This document shows, piece after piece, positions 11,327 to 20,679 of a DNA stretch of 64,000 nt. Both the position numbers and the translations under genes were made by a program. How positions within the stretch are numbered: position 1 is the stretch's first letter; each line of letters begins with the position of its first letter. Origin of the DNA: an uncultured Methanomicrobiales archaeon (GTDB lineage: Archaea > Halobacteriota > Methanomicrobia > Methanomicrobiales > Methanospirillaceae); assembly GCA_963758915.1 (NCBI GenBank), contig CAVWXH010000003.1, positions 64,001 to 128,000 of the forward strand. Reading direction: 5' to 3'. The notes under the pieces were generated by a model. That model made no database searches, was not told the origin of the DNA, and saw only the letters and a list, made by a program, of their open reading frames with translations.

Positions 11327-12424
11327 ATGCCCAAAACCACGATTTCCGTTATAAAAGCGGATGTGGGAAGTTTTCCCGGGCACTCCCGCACCCACCCGAA
11401 GCTCCTGGAGAAGGCAGCCAGGCTGCTCAAAGACCAGGAAGGCAAGCTGCTGATCGACTCGTTTGTCACCCACTGCGGCGATGACCTTGAACTGATAATG
11501 ACGCACACCCATGGCGTGGACAATGAAAAGGTCCACAAGCTCGCATGGGAGGTATTCATGGAGTGCACAGCGATTGCAAAAAACATGAAACTCTATGGTG
11601 CGGGACAGGATATGCTCGCAGATGCCTTTGCAGGTAATGTCAAGGGGATGGGACCCGGTGTTGCCGAGATGGAATTCGAGGAACGGGGCAGCGACCCCGT
11701 GCTGGTCTTTATGGCAGATAAAACAGAACCCGGTGCATGGAACTTCTTCCTCTACAAGATCTTTGCCGATCCGTTCAACACGGCCGGACTTGTCATTGAC
11801 CCATCGATGCACAAGGGATTTGTCTTTGAGGTCCACGACCTTATCGAAAAACGTATGATCAGGTTTTCATGCCCTGAAGAGATCTACAGTCTCCTCGTAT
11901 ACATCGGGGCACCATCGCGGTACGTAATCAAGCATGTGTTCAAAAGAGATGGTGAGATCGCGGCATCGACCAGCACCCAGCGCCTGAACATGATGGCAGG
12001 GAGGTACATCGGGAAAGATGATCCGGTCATGATCGTCCGTTCTCAGAGCGGTTTTCCCGCTGTCGGGGAAGTAATTGAACCGTTCTGTACTCCGGTACTG
12101 GTGGCAGGATGGATGCGGGGGTCACACCACGGGCCCTTTATGCCGGTCGGCCTGTGCGATGCAAACTGTACCAGGTTCGATGGCCCGCCGAGAGTTGTCT
12201 GTCTGGGCTTCCAGCTCTGCAATGGCAGGCTGACAGGCCCGGCTGACATGTTTGATGACCCGGCCTTTGACCGGGTCCGGGGCCGGTGCAATGACCTTGC
12301 CGATTTGATCCGTGCGCATGGCCCCTTCGAACCCCACCGGCTCTCTCTTGATGAGATGGAATACACGACCCTTCCTGCGGTAGAGAAAGAATTAACGTCG
12401 CGGTGGGAGCCGATCCCCAGATAA
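11327..12424 (+). CDS. Bifunctional FBP aldolase/phosphatase (class V FBPase)
   Basis: ISVIKADVG..GH, GDD, YGAGQD, DKTEPGAWN, YIGKDDP (Schiff-base Lys), MRGSH. Confidence 0.95.
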   Translation: MPKTTISVIKADVGSFPGHSRTHPKLLEKAARLLKDQEGKLLIDSFVTHCGDDLELIMTHTHGVDNEKVHKLAWEVFMECTAIAKNMKLYGAGQDMLADAFAGNVKGMGPGVAEMEFEERGSDPVLVFMADKTEPGAWNFFLYKIFADPFNTAGLVIDPSMHKGFVFEVHDLIEKRMIRFSCPEEIYSLLVYIGAPSRYVIKHVFKRDGEIAASTSTQRLNMMAGRYIGKDDPVMIVRSQSGFPAVGEVIEPFCTPVLVAGWMRGSHHGPFMPVGLCDANCTRFDGPPRVVCLGFQLCNGRLTGPADMFDDPAFDRVRGRCNDLADLIRAHGPFEPHRLSLDEMEYTTLPAVEKELTSRWEPIPR

Positions 12425-12581
12425 AATCCAGTTTATTTTTTGTTTTCCGTCCCAAAATTGGATTGTTTCCCGGAAAATCCGTTGTATCATGATTAGGCGG
12501 GTCACGGGTTACTTCATATGGGGAGCTCGTTTTTCTGCCATATGAGAAACTTTAATTACCTGTCGCCCTAAATTAAGGCAG

Positions 12582-12821
12582 ATGGTTAACGGAATCGTAC
12601 TTCCCATAAAAAAGGTATTTTCTCTTGTTGATTCGAAAATTACCGTAGAAATAAAAGATGATGGGAGAAAATTACAGGGTCGTCTTGTCGCAGTGGATGA
12701 GTACCTCAATATCCACATGGAAGAGACAACCGAACTGAATGACAACAACCAGCGGGGAAGAAACCTCGGAACCGTCGTGATTCGGGGCAACAATATCCTT
12801 TCGATCTCACCGGTCCTCTGA
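12582..12821 (+). CDS. Sm/Lsm-like RNA-binding protein
   Basis: GRLVAVDEYLNI and VVIRGNNI (Sm1/Sm2) motifs. Confidence 0.92.
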   Translation: MVNGIVLPIKKVFSLVDSKITVEIKDDGRKLQGRLVAVDEYLNIHMEETTELNDNNQRGRNLGTVVIRGNNILSISPVL

Positions 12822-13180
12822 TGAGTGAACTTATGAACAATCCGATCGAAGAGGCACTGAAGGTAATCCAGTCCAAGCCTGAAGGCGTTCTCCAGAGCGA
12901 GCTCTGGAAGATCCTTGACGTTGACAGCCGCAAATGCTCAAGAATTGTGAAGAAACTGGTCGACACCGGGCTGATCGAACGGACAGAATTCAAAAAAGAT
13001 GGTATTAAGACCTTCGTCCTGAAGGCAACCAAGCGTCCACTGGACCCCAACCAGATCCTTGCCGGTGAAGAGCTGATCCCCTGCATTGGTTGTGAAGAAG
13101 AATGTAATGTGATAGATTGCAGCAGGCTTATGGACTGGATGTACCAGCTTGCGATTGCCGAGGCTGAAGAAATAACCTGA
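12821..13180 (+). CDS. Winged-helix protein with C-terminal 4-Cys cluster, TFE-beta/RPC34-like
   Basis: GVLQSELWKILDVDSRKCSRIVKKL wHTH; PCIGCEEECNVIDC..L.DW; overlaps the Lsm stop codon. Confidence 0.75.
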   Translation: MSELMNNPIEEALKVIQSKPEGVLQSELWKILDVDSRKCSRIVKKLVDTGLIERTEFKKDGIKTFVLKATKRPLDPNQILAGEELIPCIGCEEECNVIDCSRLMDWMYQLAIAEAEEIT

Positions 13181-13293
13181 TAGATTCTTAAATCTATCTT
13201 GCCCCGGATCTTTCCTGCCATTTTCGTAAAATAGTTATACGTTCACCCCACCCGGCACCCCGGGATTTGTTAATTACACGATTAAAAAAAAAA

Positions 13294-13447
13294 CGCTCTG
13301 TAGAAACACACATGAACGATAAATTCACACCCGGGACCCTGCCCGAAGAATATCTTAATTGGGGTGGGGCAGGGAGGGGGTGAAACCCCATCATGTCTTC
13401 GTATTTCCCTCTTATTTTTTATGACACCGAAGTGTTTCAACAAAGCC
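13294..13447 (+). mobile_element. Short MITE copy, 154 bp, internally deleted
   Basis: TIRs CGCTCTGTAGAAA ... TTTCAACAAAGCC; A-tract flanks AAAAAAAA / AAAAAAAC. Confidence 0.85.
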
Positions 13448-13509
13448 AAAAAAACCATTTGTAATAGTTTATTACCTTTTATGCCCAAGAAAAGGTAGAG
13501 GGGGTCTTT

Positions 13510-14397
13510 GTGGTGTTCTGCCCGGAATGTGGAAAAGAGATACCAGTAGGCAGCAATTTTTGTCTTTTCTGCGGTTCCAGTCTCGACCGTGTCAGGCGAT
13601 TCCTTGAAGAGACCCAGATAACAAAGGACAAGGGTAACCCCCATCTCATGGGGGATATGAGCGATGCAACAAAGTCCAAGGCGGCTGAATGGGTTGCAAA
13701 GGGAGACGTTTGCGTCTCATCTGGCGATGATGAAGGTGCACTCAGGTGTTATACTGCCGCAATAGGTCTTGATCCGTCCAGTTACGATGCATGGAACAGA
13801 AAAGCCGAGCTGCTTGTGCGGATGGGACGCACAATGGAAGCCCGGATATGCAATGAAAATATTATCAACCTGAAAACGACATCCGGCAAAACTTCCTTAC
13901 CTGAACGCTCAACAACCCTTCCTGAAAAGAGCACTCCAAAAGAGACCTATATAGGTGGACTGTCCAGCCCTTCAATAAAACTTTCACTAACTGACGGAAA
14001 GGGCAAGGACCTGGCAGGTGCAATGGGCACAAATGTCGGTGGCTACGGTATCTATGTGACGGACCGGCGGATATTTATCCTAAAAAGCCAGAAGCACGTT
14101 TTTGGCCACCCGAAGGGTCCGGCAATTGGTGGTTTCGTATATGCAGAGTTATTTGGAAGGACGATGGATAGCCTGAAAAGGACCATCGAGGACCTGGAGG
14201 TCTATAAGGAGATCGAGATCGATAAGACAGACCTGCAACAGATTTGCATGAAGAGACCGGTCTTCCTGTCCGGATATATCTCATTTGTTACAAATAACGG
14301 AGAGGTATTGAAGATCTATATAGACCATAAGAACGTGTATGAACCTGTCAGGCAGTTAATGCTCAAGTTCTATCCTGAAAAAGTCCGGATTGTATAA
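13510..14397 (+). CDS. Zinc-ribbon and TPR domain protein with C-terminal PH-like domain
   Basis: FCPECG..NFCLFCG ribbon; ALRCYTAAIGLDPSSYDAWNRKA TPR; IYVTDRRIFI. Confidence 0.75.
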   Translation: MVFCPECGKEIPVGSNFCLFCGSSLDRVRRFLEETQITKDKGNPHLMGDMSDATKSKAAEWVAKGDVCVSSGDDEGALRCYTAAIGLDPSSYDAWNRKAELLVRMGRTMEARICNENIINLKTTSGKTSLPERSTTLPEKSTPKETYIGGLSSPSIKLSLTDGKGKDLAGAMGTNVGGYGIYVTDRRIFILKSQKHVFGHPKGPAIGGFVYAELFGRTMDSLKRTIEDLEVYKEIEIDKTDLQQICMKRPVFLSGYISFVTNNGEVLKIYIDHKNVYEPVRQLMLKFYPEKVRIV

Positions 14398-14424
14398 TAA
14401 TCCAGCCCTGTGGAGATCCCAGGT

Positions 14425-14482
14425 TTAAAAAAAGGTAAGAGGACTGCTTCGACCGGAGGGGGTTGTACCTCCTCACTTTCCC
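14425..14482 (-). repeat. Degenerate MITE fragment, reverse orientation
   Basis: AAAAAAAGGTAAGAGGACTGCTTCGACCGGAGGGGGTTGTACCTCCTC resembles 25478-25530 (AAAAAAATAACAGGACTGCTCGTGCCGGAGGGGGTTTCACCCTCTC). Confidence 0.55.
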
Positions 14483-14528
14483 GATTAGCCCACGGTATCA
14501 GGTCACAGACAGGTGATACGGGAATGGA

Positions 14529-14753
14529 TCATGATACTCTCATTACTACACGTGGTTGTATAGCATTCGTTGGACAGAAACTCTGGCATCTGAAGCACCC
14601 AACACAGATATATTCATTATCAACAACGGCGAGATCGCCATCCATTTTAAAAACACCCATTGTGCATTGCCGGATGCAATTCCCACACCCGTTGCAGAAT
14701 AATGTATCAATGAAAATTTCCATTTCCAGTGTGGGAGAGGGTCCGATAAGCAT
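14529..14753 (-). CDS. 2x[4Fe-4S] ferredoxin
   Basis: CNGCGNCIRQC and CVGCFRCQSFCP motifs. Confidence 0.85.
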   Translation of the reverse strand: MLIGPSPTLEMEIFIDTLFCNGCGNCIRQCTMGVFKMDGDLAVVDNEYICVGCFRCQSFCPTNAIQPRVVMRVS

Positions 14754-14857
14754 GGCTATTCCCCAGTCATCTATAGTTTCTTGAATCAGGATATTAAAAA
14801 AACCCATTGACACCTGCGGTCACGGTCAACGCAGAGGGTCAGAAGTTTACAAAAAAG

Positions 14858-15120
14858 CGCTCTGTTGAAAAGCTATAATAGGCACCCAGAATCCTGATTT
14901 TTCTGAAATTTATCTACGCTCTCGGGGCTCCGCCCCGCCGCTGTGGCGCCCCGGTTGAGATAGAGACTACCCCCCCAATACTCTGAAATTAATGAGCCTT
15001 CGGGAAACCCTGCCCGAAGAATATCTTAATGGGGGTGGGGCAGGGAGGGGGTGAAACCCCCTCCTGTCTTCGTATTTCCCTCTTAATTTTTTTATATTAC
15101 CAATTGGTTTCAACAAAGCC
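14858..15120 (+). mobile_element. MITE copy, 263 bp
   Basis: TIRs CGCTCTGTTGAAA ... TTTCAACAAAGCC; near-duplicated flanks ACAAAAAAG / ACAAAAAG; highly similar to 19226-19482. Confidence 0.9.
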
Positions 15121-15194
15121 ACAAAAAGATAACATTGCTCTTGAGAAAAGATAAAAATAATTGATGAAATCATCCTAAATCGAAATATAAGCAA

Positions 15195-15267
15195 TACCCC
15201 TGGGCAGATTCGAACTGCCGTCGCCGGATCCAAAGTCCTGCATGATTGACCACTACACTACAGGGGT
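15195..15267 (-). tRNA. tRNA-Gln (anticodon TTG)
   Basis: ACCCCTG acceptor pairs with CAGGGGT (A1-U72); D arm TAGTGGTCAATCAT; loop CT-TTG-GA; T arm GGCAG-TTCGAAT-CTGCC; no encoded CCA. Confidence 0.95.
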
Positions 15268-15467
15268 AATTCTCGAAACTTCTTCCAGAAATTTTTTTAG
15301 TTCCGGAATACAGTCTAGCGTATATATGCTCTGTTATCGAATAAGAATTTACACTTGTTACTGTTTGATTGGACCGTAACGCAATGCCTGGAAGCCCGCC
15401 CCATACATTATACCCTTCAGCACCGGGCGGTAACATTTATCAGGTCAAATCATGCACATTTTCTGCA

Positions 15468-16037
15468 ATGAGACACTTGTACGTGGGCCTGATACTGTCA
15501 GTCCTCGTCATATCGGTACTTGTCCTTGGTGGTTGCACAATGAAGACCGTGGATACAACGGTCCCCACGGTAACACCTACTGCACCCGCCAATTATGTGA
15601 ATACAACTGCAACACCGGTCCTGGTACCGGAGAGACCTAACCTGACGGCAGCAGATGTAGCGTTCCTTAAGAATGCCATAGACCAGGAAAGTGTTTCGCT
15701 CGCAATGATTAGAGATACCGTCATCCTGATAAAAAGTGGTCATTCTGATTCCGCAAAGATCCTCGCGGAATCAGCAGAAAAAAACCTCAGGTCTCAGTAT
15801 AATAATTTATCAGCGCAACCAGTATCCCCGGCATTGCAACCGGTCAAGGATGAAATCCTGGAGGCCATACAGGATGAGATAAACGGATCGCGGAAACTGA
15901 GAAATATTGCTGTTTCTGATAGCGAAATGATGCTTGGTGCATCAAAGGACTACCGAGATGCAGCTGATGAGTTATTCAGATCGGCAAATGTTCACCTGAA
16001 TAATGCACAATCTAAAATTGACGCGTTCAAAAAATAA
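15468..16037 (+). CDS. Hypothetical lipoprotein
   Basis: Hydrophobic signal ending VLGGC (lipobox-like), PT-rich linker, helical C-domain. Confidence 0.7.
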   Translation: MRHLYVGLILSVLVISVLVLGGCTMKTVDTTVPTVTPTAPANYVNTTATPVLVPERPNLTAADVAFLKNAIDQESVSLAMIRDTVILIKSGHSDSAKILAESAEKNLRSQYNNLSAQPVSPALQPVKDEILEAIQDEINGSRKLRNIAVSDSEMMLGASKDYRDAADELFRSANVHLNNAQSKIDAFKK

Positions 16038-16043
16038 AAAAAC

Positions 16044-16398
16044 GGCTTTATTGAAACACACATGACGGGAAATTCACACCCGGACGATTGAAAATACCAC
16101 GTTCAAAATCTCTTATGTTGATGGCCGTTCAGGCTTTTTCATGGGAAACCTTCCCTGTCTATTTTGTACATTAGGATATTCCAGGATTTATTCACGCTCC
16201 CGGGGCTTATGGCCCGCCGATTTGGCGGCCCCGGTTGGGATAGGGTATGATCTCACTAATCTCTGAAATTGCATTGAATGCCCCAATTGAACCCCGCCCA
16301 CGAGTATCTTAACGTGGGTGGGACAGGTGGGGATGAAGCCCCCTCCTGTCTGAGCAGTTCTGTAAATTTTTGATTACACGTAGGATGCCAACAGACCG
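16044..16398 (+). mobile_element. MITE copy, about 355 bp, longest variant
   Basis: GGCTTTATTGAAACACACATGA ... GCCAACAGACCG; internal blocks shared with 1296 and 14858; A-rich flanks. Confidence 0.8.
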
Positions 16399-17548
16399 AA
16401 AAACAGGTCTTTGCCCGATCATGCCGGACGCCGGTGAACTATTCCCCCGGCGACGATAACAGTGCAGTTACTGTTTATCGGGGCCGGGGGGACCAACGGT
16501 GTGGAAATTCCCATTCAATGTATGATTCCCATTGATTTTCAACCCAGTTATTCGCCTTAATTTAAAAATTAAACGTCATTCGTCTGATTTTTCAGGTCCC
16601 GGAAGGAGGGATCCCAATTGCGTCCCGCTGATCGTGCAGGTCTCAAAACAAAGGATCAGCAATGGCAGGGAAAACCGGATCAGAGGAGTGAAATGGGGGA
16701 TCACAAGCTCAAAAGATCATACTTATACTATATAGCAACATGCGGTTTATAAAGAGAATTGCCTGGAGAATTTAACCTCATTATGGACATATTTACGAAA
16801 TGTAGCGGATTTTTCTGTGCTAAATCAACAATTACGGTCCTTCCCGGCACAACATCCCAATCTGAAACAGGAGTGATGTTTCCATGGAGAGGTCTGACAT
16901 CGTCAGGCTGGTTTGTGATGGCTATCAGCTCAGAGTTCTATGAGTTAACCGTTTTCAGGGGAGCACCCCTGGTAAAACAATCTCAACACACAGAAATTGG
17001 CACAAATCCCTTTGTGACATATATCAGGGCAATACAGGAGAACTACCCGGACTTTGATGCTATTAGTTTAACCATATGAATATGTGCCGGGGATTTTCGT
17101 TTAATGACCAATAAAACCGCCTGTTTCCCGGGAGATTTTCATAGCCCGTTTTCAATATACCCCGAGGAATAACAGGTCCGAATATGACCGAACTCACGTA
17201 TGGGAACTTCAGGGTTTCCTGGTATCACCAATAGTCCCGTGCAAGAGTACCTGCAGTAGGGGACTTCCTCAGGAAACCCCAAGCCAGGGAAAGGAGAGGC
17301 ATGACATAGCATAAATAAAGGGTCTTATACCGGGATTTATATCTACATGATAAACAACTGACAATTGAAGTCGAATACCTCAATCAGTAACGGTATTTTT
17401 TTAATTTTTTTAAGGTCTGCAATGTGTCCACAAATTGTCCGGGGACGAACACCCAAAATACGGAGAGGGATACCCGGCCGGTGTAAATTCTTCTTTTCTC
17501 TCCATTTGAGGAATGGACCCCATTTAATTTGTTTTCCGAGAGCGATGC

Positions 17549-18502
17549 CTATTTGTCGCCTCCCTGTTCCGGGTTCTTGCCATCATTCTGATTTGGCTCG
17601 TCCGACAAGGGGAAATATTGCTGGTAGACGCGTTTGCGCTCGTCCAGGTCTGTATGGAGGTAAATTTCCGTAGTCTTGATCGATGAGTGCCCGAGGTTCT
17701 CCTGGACTACACGGAGATTTTTTGACCTGCGGAATAGTTCACTTGCGTAACTGTGTCGTATCTTGTGAGGGGTAATCCCTGCAGGAGCATATCTTTCGAA
17801 CAAATGCTGGACGGTTCTCGGGGAGATGTGGTGCCCCTGCTGCCCGACAAAAAGAGGCCCCTCAATTCGGTTTCCGATGAACGGCTCCATCTCCCTGAGC
17901 GTTTCAGGATCAACAAAAACTGTCCGGATTTTACCCCCTTTCCCTTTTATCCGGATTGTCTGCTCCTCGAAGTCAATATCCTCGATATTCATATTGCAGA
18001 GTTCGGATATCCTGACTCCCGTCGCGTAGATTGTCCGGACCATCAACTTTTCTCTCGTATCCGGGATTGAGGCAATTAACCTGAGCACCTGGCTGTGTTT
18101 CAGGTACCGGAGCTCCTGTTCCTTGATCCTGGGCCGTTCAATTCCAAACATCGGGTTGGATGCAAGTGCACCCTGGGTATAGAGGAACCGGTAAAAAGAG
18201 GTCAGTGTGGAGATCATCCGGTGGAGTGTTTTTGGTTTGTAATTCCTGACCGAGTTCATGAACGTCAGGAAATCAGTCATCATCACGGGCTCAACCTCGA
18301 CATCGGTATCGAGGCGGGCATTCGCATAATCCTTCCAGAGGTCCTCCAGCTTCTCGGGATTGCTGTTTCTCCGGAGCCACAGGTAGTACGCAAATTGTTT
18401 TACCACCTGCTCATAACTCGTGATAGTCCGGGGTGAATAATTCCGCATTCTGAGGTAGTATCCGTAGCGATTGAGCCACTCGGAAAAATAACCACCCTGC
18501 AT
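17549..18502 (-). CDS. xerA: XerA-like site-specific tyrosine recombinase
   Basis: N-terminal YSPRTITSY domain; full catalytic set TGVRISE (R), GKGGK (K), HKIRH (H..R), LGH (H), TTEIY (Y). Confidence 0.92.
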   Translation of the reverse strand: MQGGYFSEWLNRYGYYLRMRNYSPRTITSYEQVVKQFAYYLWLRRNSNPEKLEDLWKDYANARLDTDVEVEPVMMTDFLTFMNSVRNYKPKTLHRMISTLTSFYRFLYTQGALASNPMFGIERPRIKEQELRYLKHSQVLRLIASIPDTREKLMVRTIYATGVRISELCNMNIEDIDFEEQTIRIKGKGGKIRTVFVDPETLREMEPFIGNRIEGPLFVGQQGHHISPRTVQHLFERYAPAGITPHKIRHSYASELFRRSKNLRVVQENLGHSSIKTTEIYLHTDLDERKRVYQQYFPLSDEPNQNDGKNPEQGGDK

Positions 18503-18535
18503 GGTCTATTCTTTATTCAGGACACATATTAAACT

Positions 18536-18563
18536 TTTGCGTAGAATACCTATTCTGCGCCAG
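18536..18563. other. Candidate dif/Xer recombination site (11-6-11)
   Basis: TTTGCGTAGAA-TACCTA-TTCTGCGCCAG: imperfect inverted arms around a 6-bp spacer, 33 bp upstream of the xerA start. Confidence 0.65.
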
Positions 18564-19225
18564 TACGTTTTCACCAGATTGTTTCTAAAGAAAATCAGAA
18601 AATAATATATCGATATTGAGGGTGGAGCTTCCAGTCACCAGTCCTTTCGATACTTTGGGACACATAGTGTCTCATCTACCCTGCTGAATGTTATGATCTG
18701 GTAATCGGATCCACCCTGAAACCAGTGTAAAAATAAACGATTATACGGGGCTTTTATTCGCTCAATACAGCCCTTTACCTCGCACACCTTATAGGAAACC
18801 CCATTCAATGAGTTTATCCTGCATTTTGAGACCACTGCACCGTTTTCCAGATCTTTTTGCTGGATCCCGGGCCTGGTAGGTATTCCAAATAACGGATCAT
18901 CAACAGACCGCTGGATATTGGATCCATATTTCAGGTCACTGAATAAAAAATTATCAAACGGCTAAAAGTGTGATATTCCGAAACCGAATAAGTCTTTTTT
19001 CATTCGGGGGTCGGGTCCCTCTATCGACAGAAGACTTGACATGATTTCAGAATTAGATTCTGATGTTCCAACGGCTATCTCTGGATGTGAAAATTGATGT
19101 ACCATGGCAGTATATCAGTCTGAAACCCGCATAAATCAGGGCTTATGCTGCCTGGTCTGACCTGATATTAGCACTTCAACTTACCAAAAACAGCGAAGGT
19201 CACACCAATGAATATATGAATTTTC

Positions 19226-19482
19226 GGCTCTGTAGAAAAGCTATATTAGGCATCCGGAATCCTGATTATTCTGAAATTTATCTACGCTCTCGGGGCTCCG
19301 CCCTGCCGCTGTGGCGCCCCGGTTGGGATAGAGATATCCCCCAATACTCTGAATTTAATGAGCCTTCGCCGAAACCCTGCCCGAAGAATATCTTAATGGG
19401 GGTGGGGCAGGGGGGGTGAAACCCCCTCCTGTCTTCATATTTCCCTCTTATTTTTTTATATCATAAGGGTTTCAACAAAGCC
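19226..19482 (+). mobile_element. MITE copy, 257 bp, right end fused into the transposase gene
   Basis: GGCTCTGTAGAAA ... GGGTTTCAACAAAGCC followed directly by GAAATACC and transposase coding sequence. Confidence 0.9.
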
Positions 19483-19835
19483 GAAATACCCTGAAAAAGG
19501 CAGATTGCTATGTTCTCGATCGTGGATATGATTCCGAACAAATTCATCTTCAGATCAGAACCGAAATTCATGCTGAATCTATCATTCCGATTCGCGATTG
19601 GAATGCAGTCTATGTTAAGGGGCAGTATAGAAATGAGATGGCGGAGAATTTTGATAGAGAACGATACGGTCAACGTAATAAAGTTGAAACTGTTTTCTCG
19701 GTCATTAAACGAAGATTTGGAGATGAAATTAAAGGTAGATTTTATAGAAGTCAGGTTAAAGAATTAAAACTGAAATGCATTGTTTACTCAGTTGACCTAT
19801 TCTTGAAAAAACAGAGGATTTTCATTACTGACTAG
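19483..19835 (+). pseudogene. IS5-family transposase, C-terminal half
   Basis: NTLKKADCYVLDRGYDSE..YGQRNKVETVFSVIKRRFG (second D and E of DDE). Confidence 0.9.
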
Positions 19836-19850
19836 GGTTTCAACAAAGCC

Positions 19851-20417
19851 GGTATTTCTTAATAAGGGTCTAGCATGTTTCGTGTCATGCTGCCTGCTTT
19901 TCGTAATTTTTGTACCGAGTATTGTTTGTTTTTCAGTGTCAACAGCAAGAGATATTTTAATAAAATCCCTCCTGGTCTTTTCTGTCCTCATTGAGTAATA
20001 GTAACTGAAATATTCAGTTGGGAAACCTGTAGAATCGATTGCAATTGTTGATACTCGACCGGTATTCTGATAAGAAAAGTTAGTGGCCTGCTTCTGGACC
20101 TCTGTAAGAATTGATGAACTAATTCGAGATGAAAATTTGCACAACGTTGTGAAATGTGGGATCCTAGAGATTCCCAAGCACGTTTGAATTGCGTCCATCA
20201 CTTCAACTAACTCAATAATCTCTCGGTATCTTGCGCCCAGGTATTCTTTGAAAACAAGTAACGCTAGTAATTGGTGCTGATTATAGTCTTTTCGTGAAAA
20301 TTTCGACGAGTATAAAGGAATTTTTGATTCTCTGATGGCATTCATCGTGGCTGTAAGAAAACTGATATGCTTCTGATTTCCATAAAAATATGGCTCTTTG
20401 AGATAGGTTTTGAACAT
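19851..20417 (-). pseudogene. IS5-family transposase, N-terminal half
   Basis: YSSKFSRKDYNQHQLL..IPHFTTLCKF..IAIDSTG (first D)..HDTKHARPLLRNT, then interrupted by an IS end. Confidence 0.9.
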
Positions 20418-20679
20418 ATTCTTCTCAAGGAGTTAATGTACCTTAGCTCTATCGGTCTATTTTCTAACTTGAGCATTTCAACAAAGCCGATATTTTGGAT
20501 TCTTCGGATGGCAGGCTATTTATGTATGCGTTTAAGATGTCTATTTGTTCATTCTGAATCGTTTCGTTAGATTCCTGATTAAGTTTGTTTTCTCCCGTAT
20601 TTCCTCCCGGAATATATTTGGATCCACTAATGAAACTGGAAGGTTTTATTCGATAATTTGCGACGGCATTGCCTATTTT

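Larger units (their letters stand above)
19483..20488. mobile_element. Rearranged IS5-family (ISH1-like) insertion sequence
   Basis: Ends TTTCAACAAAGCC at 19838-19850 and 20476-20488; transposase halves on opposite strands; 8-bp duplication GAAATACC (19483-19490) / GGTATTTC (19851-19858). Confidence 0.9.

Noticed and set aside
16759-17079. 106-aa hypothetical ORF
   Set aside because: No recognisable motif and a weak TTG start; a shorter 53-aa version from ATG 16918 cannot be excluded.
15195-18502. tRNA-targeted integrative element driven by the tyrosine recombinase
   Set aside because: No att duplication seen downstream of the tRNA and no phage or plasmid genes; the recombinase looks like chromosomal XerA.
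19797-20417. Intact 206-aa transposase
   Set aside because: Its last 17 or so residues are read through an inverted IS end; two catalytic residues lie in the separated half.
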